A DNA stretch of 64,000 bases, from assembly GCA_965200875.1 (NCBI GenBank), contig OZ241456.1, forward strand, positions 1,344,001 to 1,408,000. Reading direction: 5' to 3'. Numbering within the stretch: the first letter of the stretch is position 1; each line of letters opens with the position of its first letter. The DNA is from Bdellovibrionales bacterium. Its GTDB lineage: Bacteria; Bdellovibrionota; Bdellovibrionia; Bdellovibrionales; UBA1609. Both the position numbers and the translations under genes were made by a program. A model generated the notes under the pieces. The model saw nothing but the letters and a program-made list of their open reading frames with translations, was not told the origin of the DNA and ran no database searches. This document shows, piece after piece, positions 49,212 through 58,135 of this stretch.

Positions 49212-49733
49212 TTATTTGTATTTTTTTGTATACATACTTACCACTTTATTCGTGACATCCCATTTAGGACGCACCCAGAGCTCCACATCTTTATTACGGA
49301 TAATATCCACTTTCTCCTTCTTTGCCACTTTATCCACAACCACTTTGATTCTCTCCATAAAATTCCCTCTTAAATGAGCTTCTTTTTTTTGCAGTTCCAT
49401 TTCTTTACTTCTCACAAATTGCTCCATTTGTATCTGCATTTTCTGCATGGCCTCATACTTTTTCACTTTTTCATCCTGTGAAAGTAGCTCCATTGATTTT
49501 CTGATTTTCATGGCTTCCTTATGAAACTGCTCATTTTTTTTGATAATAACTCCCTGAATACGTTTTTTCTCTTTTTCCAAAGCTTTGCGGATTTTACTTT
49601 GTTCACCAGTCTTTTCCATAGCCTCGTTGATGCTGACATAAGCCACTTTAAGACGGCTCTCTTTTTCCGTCTCAGCATGTACCAACAATGGAATACAACA
49701 CAACCAAAACCCAATATAAATTATTTTTTTCAT
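49212..49733 (-). CDS. skp: Periplasmic chaperone Skp/OmpH
   Basis: Signal peptide, KVAYV, long coiled coil, DVTNKV; downstream of bamA. Confidence 0.88.
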   Translation of the reverse strand: MKKIIYIGFWLCCIPLLVHAETEKESRLKVAYVSINEAMEKTGEQSKIRKALEKEKKRIQGVIIKKNEQFHKEAMKIRKSMELLSQDEKVKKYEAMQKMQIQMEQFVRSKEMELQKKEAHLRGNFMERIKVVVDKVAKKEKVDIIRNKDVELWVRPKWDVTNKVVSMYTKKYK

Positions 49734-49854
49734 GCTTTCCTCCTTTTTGCACTATCTTTTACCCTTATACTGATTCAAAGGGAATTTCAACTTTTTTTAT
49801 ATTTCTTCTTTTCTCGCATTTTAAACAAGCTTTTCTTTTTCCACAACATATCGC

Positions 49855-52482
49855 TTAAAAAGGAAGCCCCATTGTAAATTGAAACTCAGATTGTTGCTCC
49901 CCATACTCCGGGCGTGGTTCAAAGGGAAAACCCATTTCCAGACGCATAGGCCCCATAGGGCTGAAAAGCCTTAAACCAAATCCCCAGTTTGCCCTCAAAT
50001 CCATGTCCTGAAATTTATCAAAAGCCGTGCCTATATCCATAAATAGCACTGCTGATAACTGAACGGAAGGAAAAGCCAGAAACTGTAATTCCCAGTTGGT
50101 ATAAAATTCCTTCATTCCTCCGAAAGCTCTTTCAGAAATAGTTTCCGCAGAGGACAACCCCCATTTTTTAGCTTTTTCATGGAGTATCTTTGATTTTTTC
50201 CGTGGTCCAATGGAAAAGTACTTAAACCCTCTTAAAGATTGGATTCCGCCCAAAAGAAATAGCTGATCAAATGGAACAGAGCTTTTTTCCCCATTCAAAG
50301 TAATATGCTGACTGTACTGAATGTTAAAACGAACAATAAAATTCCAAAACAGATTTTGATAAAACCGAAGGTTGGAAGATACTGTAAAATAATTAAATTT
50401 ACCGAATATTCCATTATACTCCAGCGAGCTTCGTGAATATACTCCTGATGTTGGTAAAATACGATCATTTCTTTTATCATACTCTATAATAGCTGACACG
50501 GGATTTCGCACTCCAGTGGCAAAATCAACAGGATAAAGATCTGGATCTATTGTATTCATCAGATCCACATACGACAAACGATAATAAAAAAGAAGTTTCC
50601 ATCTGTCCGACAGGGAACGGCCCAGAGTAACTCCTCCGCTTATTTTTTGCTCTGTAAATCCACGATAATTTGTGCTCGGAAAAGACCTAAAACACTCATC
50701 TTCCAAAGATTTTATTTCATTGTCCAATTTTGTAAGCTCTTGATCTGTAATCGCTCCGGCAGATTGTTTATTTTTTTTCTCCTCCTTTTTTTTACTCAAT
50801 TTATTGCAATCTGCAAAAATTTCTTCATCAGTGCTCCACTTATCTAGGTAAAAATCTCCGCCAAAATACCAATCAGAATCCAAAAAATAAGGATCCACAA
50901 AGTTCAAATTCACATATTGTCTTCTTAAGTTCAAATTCACATCCGAACCCACATTATAACCCATACCAAACAAATTAAACTTATGCAGTTTCCCACTCAC
51001 GGAAAAACCAAAAAAACCTTCATATCCAACCCCTAATTCAAATGTTCCTGTATTTTCCCGCTCTTTAATATTTATTTCCATATCCACTAAATCATCCCGA
51101 TTCTTAATAGTCTTGGGTATGATCTTCACATCATCAAAAAAACCCAATCTTTTTATATTCTCAACAGATCGATTTTTGTTTGTTTCATTATACAGTTCTC
51201 CTTCAAAAATTCTCACTTCCCGGCGGATAACTTTATCTCTTGTATAATCATTACCGGTAATATGAATCATTCCTATCTTCGCTTTTTTTCCTTTTTGTAT
51301 TTCAAAAAGCAGATGAATTGTTTTGTTATCATCTGTTGGCAAGTTAAAAAACTTGGGAATCACATTAACAAAGGCATATCCCTTATCACCATATTTTGTT
51401 TCAATTCTTTTGATATCTCTTTGCAGTTTTCCGTAAGAAAAAACCTCAGACTCCTCTGTTTCAAGGTCTTCTGTCAAGTATGCTTCATCAAAAATCAAAT
51501 CTCCGGTAAATTCAATAGTGCCTGCATTGTATTGAGCACCCTCTTGAATGGGAATACTCACAGTCACATCTGTTTTATCATGAGAAATAACCACTTCCGG
51601 TTCACCCACAAACACTTTCCAATACCCTCTATCCATGTAAATAAACCGAATGTTATTAAGATCTTTTTCCAAAATTTCTTTGCTGTAAGAACCTGCAGAA
51701 GAGATAAAACTCAGTAAATTGACTTCTCTTGTCCCCATGAAAGATTTAATTTCTTTTGAGGAAATGGCTTTGTTCCCGATAAACCGTACTTTTTTTACTT
51801 TTACTTTTTTATTTTCCTTGATACGAACCTTTAAGCGCACTTTCCCAGGATGAGAGGTTTTTTCGACAAAATAAGAAATCTCAGCCAGATAATACCCTTT
51901 TTTTTCATATTCATTTTTAATATTTACAATAGCCGTTCTCACCTTCTTATGATTCAAAAACTCATAAGAGGAAAAAAGAAATATCTCATCCAATTCTTTT
52001 TTACTTAAACTGCTGTTACCTTCGTATATTATTTTTTCAACAATAGGCTTTTCTTTCACTGTATAAACAAGAGAAATGGTTTTATCTGGCTGTCTTTTTT
52101 TTTGAACTTCTATATCATGGAACCAACCCGTATCAAAAATTTGCTGAACATCTCTTCTGATTTTTTTTGCATTGTATTTTTCTCCCTCTTGAGAGATAAT
52201 TTTTGCACGAATAGCTGAATCCTCCACAAGTTTGTTTCCTCTTATAATAATAGCCCCAATCCGACCAGCCCTCCGCCGGGAAGAACGACGAACAACGCGA
52301 GCTTTGCTCTTACGAGCACTTGAAGCTTTGCTTTTGCGGGAGCTTACAGCTTTGCTTTTACCCGTCTTATCTTCTACTACAAACACATTTCGTGCCGGTT
52401 GCTCTGCTAAAACCATAAAGGAAAACACAAAAAACCAAAGCCAAAAAACCATTTTTCCAGGATAGTGTTTTTTTTTAATCAT
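49855..52482 (-). CDS. bamA: Outer membrane protein assembly factor BamA
   Basis: POTRA repeats, TRDKVIRRE, LRGF, SPMGPMRL, C-terminal F. Confidence 0.97.
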   Translation of the reverse strand: MIKKKHYPGKMVFWLWFFVFSFMVLAEQPARNVFVVEDKTGKSKAVSSRKSKASSARKSKARVVRRSSRRRAGRIGAIIIRGNKLVEDSAIRAKIISQEGEKYNAKKIRRDVQQIFDTGWFHDIEVQKKRQPDKTISLVYTVKEKPIVEKIIYEGNSSLSKKELDEIFLFSSYEFLNHKKVRTAIVNIKNEYEKKGYYLAEISYFVEKTSHPGKVRLKVRIKENKKVKVKKVRFIGNKAISSKEIKSFMGTREVNLLSFISSAGSYSKEILEKDLNNIRFIYMDRGYWKVFVGEPEVVISHDKTDVTVSIPIQEGAQYNAGTIEFTGDLIFDEAYLTEDLETEESEVFSYGKLQRDIKRIETKYGDKGYAFVNVIPKFFNLPTDDNKTIHLLFEIQKGKKAKIGMIHITGNDYTRDKVIRREVRIFEGELYNETNKNRSVENIKRLGFFDDVKIIPKTIKNRDDLVDMEINIKERENTGTFELGVGYEGFFGFSVSGKLHKFNLFGMGYNVGSDVNLNLRRQYVNLNFVDPYFLDSDWYFGGDFYLDKWSTDEEIFADCNKLSKKKEEKKNKQSAGAITDQELTKLDNEIKSLEDECFRSFPSTNYRGFTEQKISGGVTLGRSLSDRWKLLFYYRLSYVDLMNTIDPDLYPVDFATGVRNPVSAIIEYDKRNDRILPTSGVYSRSSLEYNGIFGKFNYFTVSSNLRFYQNLFWNFIVRFNIQYSQHITLNGEKSSVPFDQLFLLGGIQSLRGFKYFSIGPRKKSKILHEKAKKWGLSSAETISERAFGGMKEFYTNWELQFLAFPSVQLSAVLFMDIGTAFDKFQDMDLRANWGFGLRLFSPMGPMRLEMGFPFEPRPEYGEQQSEFQFTMGLPF

Positions 52483-52801
52483 TTCTGCACATATTTCCTT
52501 TTTGAGATAAAACCATTAGCTCGCTCTTCTATTATTTGATTTTTTTATAATTTTCCTAGAAAATAATTGCAAGGTTTTATAACGAAACCTTTTGTTTTCT
52601 TGCAAAGTGAAAGATGTAAAAAGCTCCCTTTGTTGAGTAAAAAATCGAAAATCAGTCCAAAAATCGTAAAAAGCTTATTTTTATCTAATTTAACCTTGTA
52701 TATTTTGAGACTATATACAAAAATGACATGATGATTAAAAGAGAGGCTTAATTGATAAAAATCGAAGAAAAGGCCAAAAAAAGACACAATTTCTGAAATA
52801 A

Positions 52802-52921
52802 TAGTCCGTGAAAAAGTATGTTATTTTCCTGGATTCCCGTTTTCACGGGAATGACTTCCCTTGGGAAGTTACATGAAAGAGGGGTGTGATAATTGAAACA
52901 CTAAGGCTTTTTCACGGGCGA
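52802..52921. mobile_element. MITE-like element, copy A (terminal inverted repeats gyccgtgaaaaag; dRS3-type core)
   Basis: 13-bp imperfect TIRs; ATTCCC-N8-GGGAAT at 52833-52852; homologous copies at 57806 and 63685. Confidence 0.75.
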
Positions 52922-54130
52922 ATAAACAGATTTTCTAGGTGGTTTATTACCTGAATCAGCCTCATCACTTTTTTCTTCCTTCTTAAGTGTATTTGACTTA
53001 AGTGCAGATGAACTGATTATACTTTTCCTCTGGTTTGATAAATCCGACAGATATTCAATGTCTTTTTTATATTCCTCGTAAGTAATCATCTTGTGACGAA
53101 TTTTTATTCCACTTGTCAGCTGGCTAGAAGAAGCCACTATATTTTCCTTTTGCAAAAGATCCCTTAATATTTCCTTATCTTTTGAATCAAAAAACACCGC
53201 TATCACTTCCGCACCCATAGCTCCACACCCTTTGGCTAAAACAACTGGTTTTAAACTTTCAATACGATTCAAAAACAACAGAGTATCCTCATGCACCAGG
53301 CCACGCTTTTTTAAACAAATTGAATATTCCTTTAAAGCGGAAATAAATCCCACCTTATCCCATCCATTTATACAAGCTGTAGCTTTTTTCGCCAAACCAG
53401 AGAGGTCGGAAAATTTTTTTTCTGACAAAATGTCCAAATGCGTATAAGTATTCAACTTTGTATTTGTGCGAATAAGAAAAAAATCCAAATCAGGAAAAGG
53501 CCAACCGATGGATCTTGCAGAAAAAGGGGCGAAAGAAAATAAACACACTCCTCCCAACCATTGCGAAACCACATCCGCACCTGATGGCTTTTGGCCTTTA
53601 AATTTTAGCCCTCTATAGGCACTCCATAGTTGAAAAAAACCGTCTTTCAATAAAGAAGTGTCTTCCTGTGTTCCCCTTGAATCCTCATTTTCCATCAGAA
53701 AAAAACCTTTTGGACTCTGAATAATTTTAAACCCGGTCTGATTTAACAAGCTATTTAATACCTCACACTCTTTAAGAGCACCCCTCTCCTTTTTATATCG
53801 CATTTTTAAAAGCTGTCCTAATAAGTACACAAGGTCAAACTGAACACTGGAAAAGCCAAACCCTCCTTTTCCAAAGTAAGGATCCTGATATTCAATATGA
53901 TAATTTTTGCTGATTTCAGGATACCGCTCAAGCCACTGACCTGCCGGACTTTGTAAATGAAACCCCTCTTTTGACTGTTTTATTTCTTTATTACCTGCTT
54001 TTTCGGTCACAAAAAACTGAAATCTCGGTTCGGTATTAACTAAAATGGCTGGCGCGCCTTCCAAAACAGCGTACTCACCTGTGAGAAAAGTTTTACTGGG
54101 AAAAGAAATATTGTATCGTAAAACCTTCAC
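52901..54130 (-). CDS. GHMP-family kinase, (phospho)mevalonate kinase-like
   Basis: PSKTFLTGEYAVL, GGFGFSS, PSGADV, KGCGAMG; in an operon with HMG-CoA reductase and IDI-2. Confidence 0.75.
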   Translation of the reverse strand: MKVLRYNISFPSKTFLTGEYAVLEGAPAILVNTEPRFQFFVTEKAGNKEIKQSKEGFHLQSPAGQWLERYPEISKNYHIEYQDPYFGKGGFGFSSVQFDLVYLLGQLLKMRYKKERGALKECEVLNSLLNQTGFKIIQSPKGFFLMENEDSRGTQEDTSLLKDGFFQLWSAYRGLKFKGQKPSGADVVSQWLGGVCLFSFAPFSARSIGWPFPDLDFFLIRTNTKLNTYTHLDILSEKKFSDLSGLAKKATACINGWDKVGFISALKEYSICLKKRGLVHEDTLLFLNRIESLKPVVLAKGCGAMGAEVIAVFFDSKDKEILRDLLQKENIVASSSQLTSGIKIRHKMITYEEYKKDIEYLSDLSNQRKSIISSSALKSNTLKKEEKSDEADSGNKPPRKSVYSPVKKP

Positions 54131-54137
54131 TTTTACT

Positions 54138-55670
54138 TCATCTGTTGTTTATCCATTTCTTGGGTTTGGATTTTAATTCCTGTAAGGTGGCCAAAGCTTT
54201 TTGCTTCTGCTTGTCTTTTATTTTTTTAAGAGTCTCCATATTACTGATTTTAAGCTCTTTTAAAACCGCCAATGCCTGTTGTTGATGTTTGTCTCTGATT
54301 TTTTTAAGAGCTTCTTCAGCATGATCCCATGTTTTTTGTCTTAAAATTTTAAGAGCTTCCACCGCCTGAGAAAGAGAAATACGATTTTTAAAGCCGAAAA
54401 TAATTTCCAGATGTTTTTGAATCACCGGAATCTCCCAACCTTTTGCTCCTGCTCCCAAAGTAAGATTTTGAATATGAAGTTTCATGTGCCCTTCAATAAT
54501 ACCTACAGTGGTGAGTGCTCGCAAAGCACCCAAATTTTGCACCAATCCCACGCCAGCACAAATACGAGACAAGTCGTCAGCTTGTTTCACCTCAAGCATT
54601 TTCAAACACATTTTAGCTGTAGGGTGCAGACGAGTCATGCCTCCCACTGTGCCCAACATTATAGGAGCTTCGAAAAAACCATATAATTTATCCTGTTTTA
54701 CCCTCCAGCGGGTAATTGGTTGGTATTGCCCTTTACGAGCAGAATAAGCATGCACACCAGCGGAAACAGCTCGCCAGTCGTTTCCTGTTGCTATTAACAC
54801 AGCATCAATGCCATTCATCACTCCTTTGTTGCTGGTAGCGGCTCTATAAGGATCTGCCTCCGCAAACAGAGAAGCTTGCTCAATTTTGTTCATTAACTGC
54901 GGATCTATACCTGACATCACTACTTCTGCCGTCGTCAAACGACTGTCAGACATGTTGGAAACAATACAAACAGACACCTCTTCGTCAGCTGTGGATTCAA
55001 TCAAAGTTCTTAAATATTCACACACTTGATTGACAATATTAGCACCCATTGCATCACAAGTATCCACTATTACATGAACCACTGCCATCTTCTCTGTAGA
55101 AGATTCCACATTTTCCGGCGAGGGAAGACATCGCACTGTAAAGCCAATAACTCCACCTCCTCTTTTGCACATGGAAGAGACCACATCTTCATGTATCCTA
55201 TCTATCCATTCTTTTTCGTGCTCCTGAATAACTCTTTTTAAATTTTCAAAGTTTTTTACTCTATTAATTTGGATCTGACCTATCACTCCCGCTCCTTTAA
55301 CAGCGGTTTTAATATAACCGTGTTCACTCACCCATCGGGCGGTTTTACTGGCCGCCGCAACAATGGAAGTCTCCTCCACAGCCATAGGAATGACTGTTCT
55401 TTTTCCGTCAATACAGAAATTGGTGGCCACTCCCAAGGGAATTTGAAAGTAACCAATAACATTTTCTATAAATTTTTCCGCCAAATCAGTTTTCTTAATT
55501 CCCCCAGACTTTAAATATTTAATATCTGATTGAGTAAGAGCACCCATTTTTATTAGACGAGAAAACCTCTCCGCCATTGTCAGACGAGAAAAACCCTTAA
55601 ACAGGTTTTCTCTTTCTTTATTTGTTATTTCTGTGTTGTCGGGATTTTTGATTTTCTGTGAACTGGCCAT
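54138..55670 (-). CDS. mvaA: Class II HMG-CoA reductase
   Basis: IENVIG, PMAVEETSIVAA, DAMGAN, NKGVMNG, TGNDWRA, QNLGALRAL, GHMKLH. Confidence 0.95.
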   Translation of the reverse strand: MASSQKIKNPDNTEITNKERENLFKGFSRLTMAERFSRLIKMGALTQSDIKYLKSGGIKKTDLAEKFIENVIGYFQIPLGVATNFCIDGKRTVIPMAVEETSIVAAASKTARWVSEHGYIKTAVKGAGVIGQIQINRVKNFENLKRVIQEHEKEWIDRIHEDVVSSMCKRGGGVIGFTVRCLPSPENVESSTEKMAVVHVIVDTCDAMGANIVNQVCEYLRTLIESTADEEVSVCIVSNMSDSRLTTAEVVMSGIDPQLMNKIEQASLFAEADPYRAATSNKGVMNGIDAVLIATGNDWRAVSAGVHAYSARKGQYQPITRWRVKQDKLYGFFEAPIMLGTVGGMTRLHPTAKMCLKMLEVKQADDLSRICAGVGLVQNLGALRALTTVGIIEGHMKLHIQNLTLGAGAKGWEIPVIQKHLEIIFGFKNRISLSQAVEALKILRQKTWDHAEEALKKIRDKHQQQALAVLKELKISNMETLKKIKDKQKQKALATLQELKSKPKKWINNR

Positions 55671-55949
55671 TGAAAAAACTCCATTCTATAGTGTTCAACA
55701 TTTTAGATATTTGCCAATCACCAATACAGGAATATTTTTAAGCATAAGTGGAACAACAAATAACATAAATAACCACATTGTTTCATACTTTATCCTGAAA
55801 AATAAACAAAAATCAGAAAAAATACATAAATTTAATCTGTTTTTGGTCTTTTTCATCTGATAAACCTATTCCTGATATATCTCCACTCCTGATATATTTC
55901 TGATTATCCTGAAATATCTTGTGCCCAATATCTTTATATATTTCTGAAT

Positions 55950-57008
55950 CTACTGATTTTTCCATTTCCAGGTTTTAAGATTTTTCATATCTTTTATATC
56001 TTTGCAACCGGAACAAAATAAAGCAATTTTCAGCTCATGTTCCAAACGAACCATTACTTTCTCCAGTGCCATATCCCCTTCCAAAGCTGATTGAACAATA
56101 GGTCGCGCCACTCCTATTCTGTCTGCTCCCAAAGCCAGTGCTTTCGCAGAATCGCAACCATTACGAATGCCACCGCTGGCCCATATTCCATAATCCTTCT
56201 GCACTTCACGAGCAAAAAGCAAAGAATCCACAGTGGAAATGCCCCAGTTCTTAAAGGCTTTTGCTGTTCCATACAAAATATGCTCTTTGCTGGTTCTGTT
56301 GCCTTCAATTCTTCCCCAATGTGTGCCACCATATCCACTTACATCCACAGCAAAAAGTCCTGTTCCCACCAAACTTTGCAATGTTTCCTGTGAAAAACCA
56401 CAACCTGTTTCTTTTAATATAACAGGGACAGATAATATTTCACATAAATTCTGTAAAGCTTTCAAGCCCCCTTTAAATTGAGGAGTACCTTCTGTCTGAA
56501 GGGCTTCTTGCAATGGGTTGGTATGCACCACCATAGCGTCAGCCTTTAGTGAATACACCATCTGTTCCATTAAAGACACTTCGTGCTTAATCATCTGGGA
56601 AAGACCAATATTACCAAGTAAAACCAAATCAGGATATTTTTGACGAATTTCCTGCCACTCTTTTCCAGCTGAAGGATCAAATATTTGCCTCCTTTGAGAA
56701 CCTGCTCCCATAATCCAACCTCTTTTTTCGCAGGCTTGTGCAATACTGTTGTTGATATTTAAAGAACCTTCCCAACCCCCTGTCATACCTGTAACTACAA
56801 AAGGAGTTTTTAGAGTTTTGCCGAAAATCTGAGTGGATATATCCACTTCCGAAAAGTCCATTTCAGGCAGTGCAGAGTGCATTAATTGAATAGCCTGAAA
56901 ACCGCTATAGCCGAGGGCTTCGTTTTCCTCTTTCAAAGATAAGAAAATATGATCTTTTTTTCGATGGGCAAATTCAGATTTTTTACTGAGTGTTGATTGT
57001 TTTTTCAT
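55950..57008 (-). CDS. fni: Type 2 isopentenyl-diphosphate isomerase
   Basis: RKKDHI, MTGG, GSQR, HTNPLQE, KETGCG, GGTHW, ASGGIR; likely start ATG at 57008. Confidence 0.95.
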   Translation of the reverse strand: MKKQSTLSKKSEFAHRKKDHIFLSLKEENEALGYSGFQAIQLMHSALPEMDFSEVDISTQIFGKTLKTPFVVTGMTGGWEGSLNINNSIAQACEKRGWIMGAGSQRRQIFDPSAGKEWQEIRQKYPDLVLLGNIGLSQMIKHEVSLMEQMVYSLKADAMVVHTNPLQEALQTEGTPQFKGGLKALQNLCEILSVPVILKETGCGFSQETLQSLVGTGLFAVDVSGYGGTHWGRIEGNRTSKEHILYGTAKAFKNWGISTVDSLLFAREVQKDYGIWASGGIRNGCDSAKALALGADRIGVARPIVQSALEGDMALEKVMVRLEHELKIALFCSGCKDIKDMKNLKTWKWKNQ

Positions 57009-57375
57009 TACCTGACGGTTTCCCCGAACTGGCTCCCAAAGCTTTTTGAACCAGATGTGAGAAACCACTGGAGTCCCGCACAGCCATATCTGCCAGCATT
57101 TTTCTATTTATATGAATATTGGCTTTTTTCAAAAGTCCAATAAAAGTGGAATAATTCATATTATTAAGACGCGCTGAGGCATTAATGCGTTGGTTCCATA
57201 GTTTGCGTTGCTCCCGTTTTAAACGCCGGCGATCACGATACTGATAAGCCAAAGCCCTGTCACTTTTTTCCACTGCCACCGTAAAACAGCGACTATTTGC
57301 CGAATAAAACCCTTTGGCTCTCTTTAATATCTTTTTATGCCTTTTTCTTCTTACACTACCTGTTTTAACTCTCAT
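56983..57375 (-). CDS. rplT: 50S ribosomal protein L20
   Basis: MRVKTG...AKGF...YQYRDRR...LWNQRINA...INRKMLADMA; start ATG at 57375. Confidence 0.97.
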   Translation of the reverse strand: MRVKTGSVRRKRHKKILKRAKGFYSANSRCFTVAVEKSDRALAYQYRDRRRLKREQRKLWNQRINASARLNNMNYSTFIGLLKKANIHINRKMLADMAVRDSSGFSHLVQKALGASSGKPSGNEKTINTQ

Positions 57376-57572
57376 GATTTCAACTCCAGTTTTAAATATG
57401 TATATAAAGTAGTACAACACTGCTTTAAAAATAATCAATACTGCTACTGTTTTAGAGCAACACAAATTACATTTACTGTGTTACCATAAAGTTTTTTCAC
57501 AGAGCACTAAAAAGAGAACAAAGCTGTAAAACCTTATAACTTTCTTGGCGAATATTCATCACATCTGAAAAA

Positions 57573-57761
57573 TCAACCAGCCCCCAACATCTTTTTTACT
57601 TCAGAGGTAAAAGAAGGGGACACATAAGCCGTTTTGCCAAGATGACGCTTTCTTTTCGAAGATTTATTAACCAACAAATGGCGAACATATCTTTGTTTTC
57701 TCTTCACTTTGCCACTGGCCGTAAGACGAAATCTTTTTTTTGCGCCTGAATGTGTTTTCAT
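57573..57761 (-). CDS. rpmI: 50S ribosomal protein L35
   Basis: [16 protein letters not shown]...HLL..K. Confidence 0.96.
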   Translation of the reverse strand: MKTHSGAKKRFRLTASGKVKRKQRYVRHLLVNKSSKRKRHLGKTAYVSPSFTSEVKKMLGAG

Positions 57762-57805
57762 TTATCCACTCCAAAAAACAAAAGTTTGCAAAAAAAGTAA
57801 CTTGG

Positions 57806-57949
57806 TCGTCCGTGAAAAACCCCAGTGTTTCAATTATCAACACTTTTTTTCATGTACTTTCCCTTGGAAACTAAAAACCAAGTTGTTAGCTTTTAGTCCC
57901 TTGCAGGCGGGAATCCAGTCAAAATAACATACTTTTTCACAGAGGACTA
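57806..57949. mobile_element. MITE-like element, copy B (opposite orientation to copy A)
   Basis: ccgtgaaaaa...agtgtttcaattatca...tttcatgta...cgggaatccag..aaaataacatactttttcac matches the reverse complement of 52802-52921. Confidence 0.75.
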
Positions 57950-58135
57950 CTCACTATTACCAGAAACACAAAAACAAGCAAGTGATTTTTTGCAAATTCT
58001 GATTTTAAACCAGCAATTTCTATTCTCTTATTCCGGGAGTTTTACAAAAACAAGCGACTGAAAGCCAGTTCTAACTGTTTTTTACTCACATTGGCTTTTA
58101 TTTCTTGACTTTTTACCACCCCCCGTTAGTCTTAA

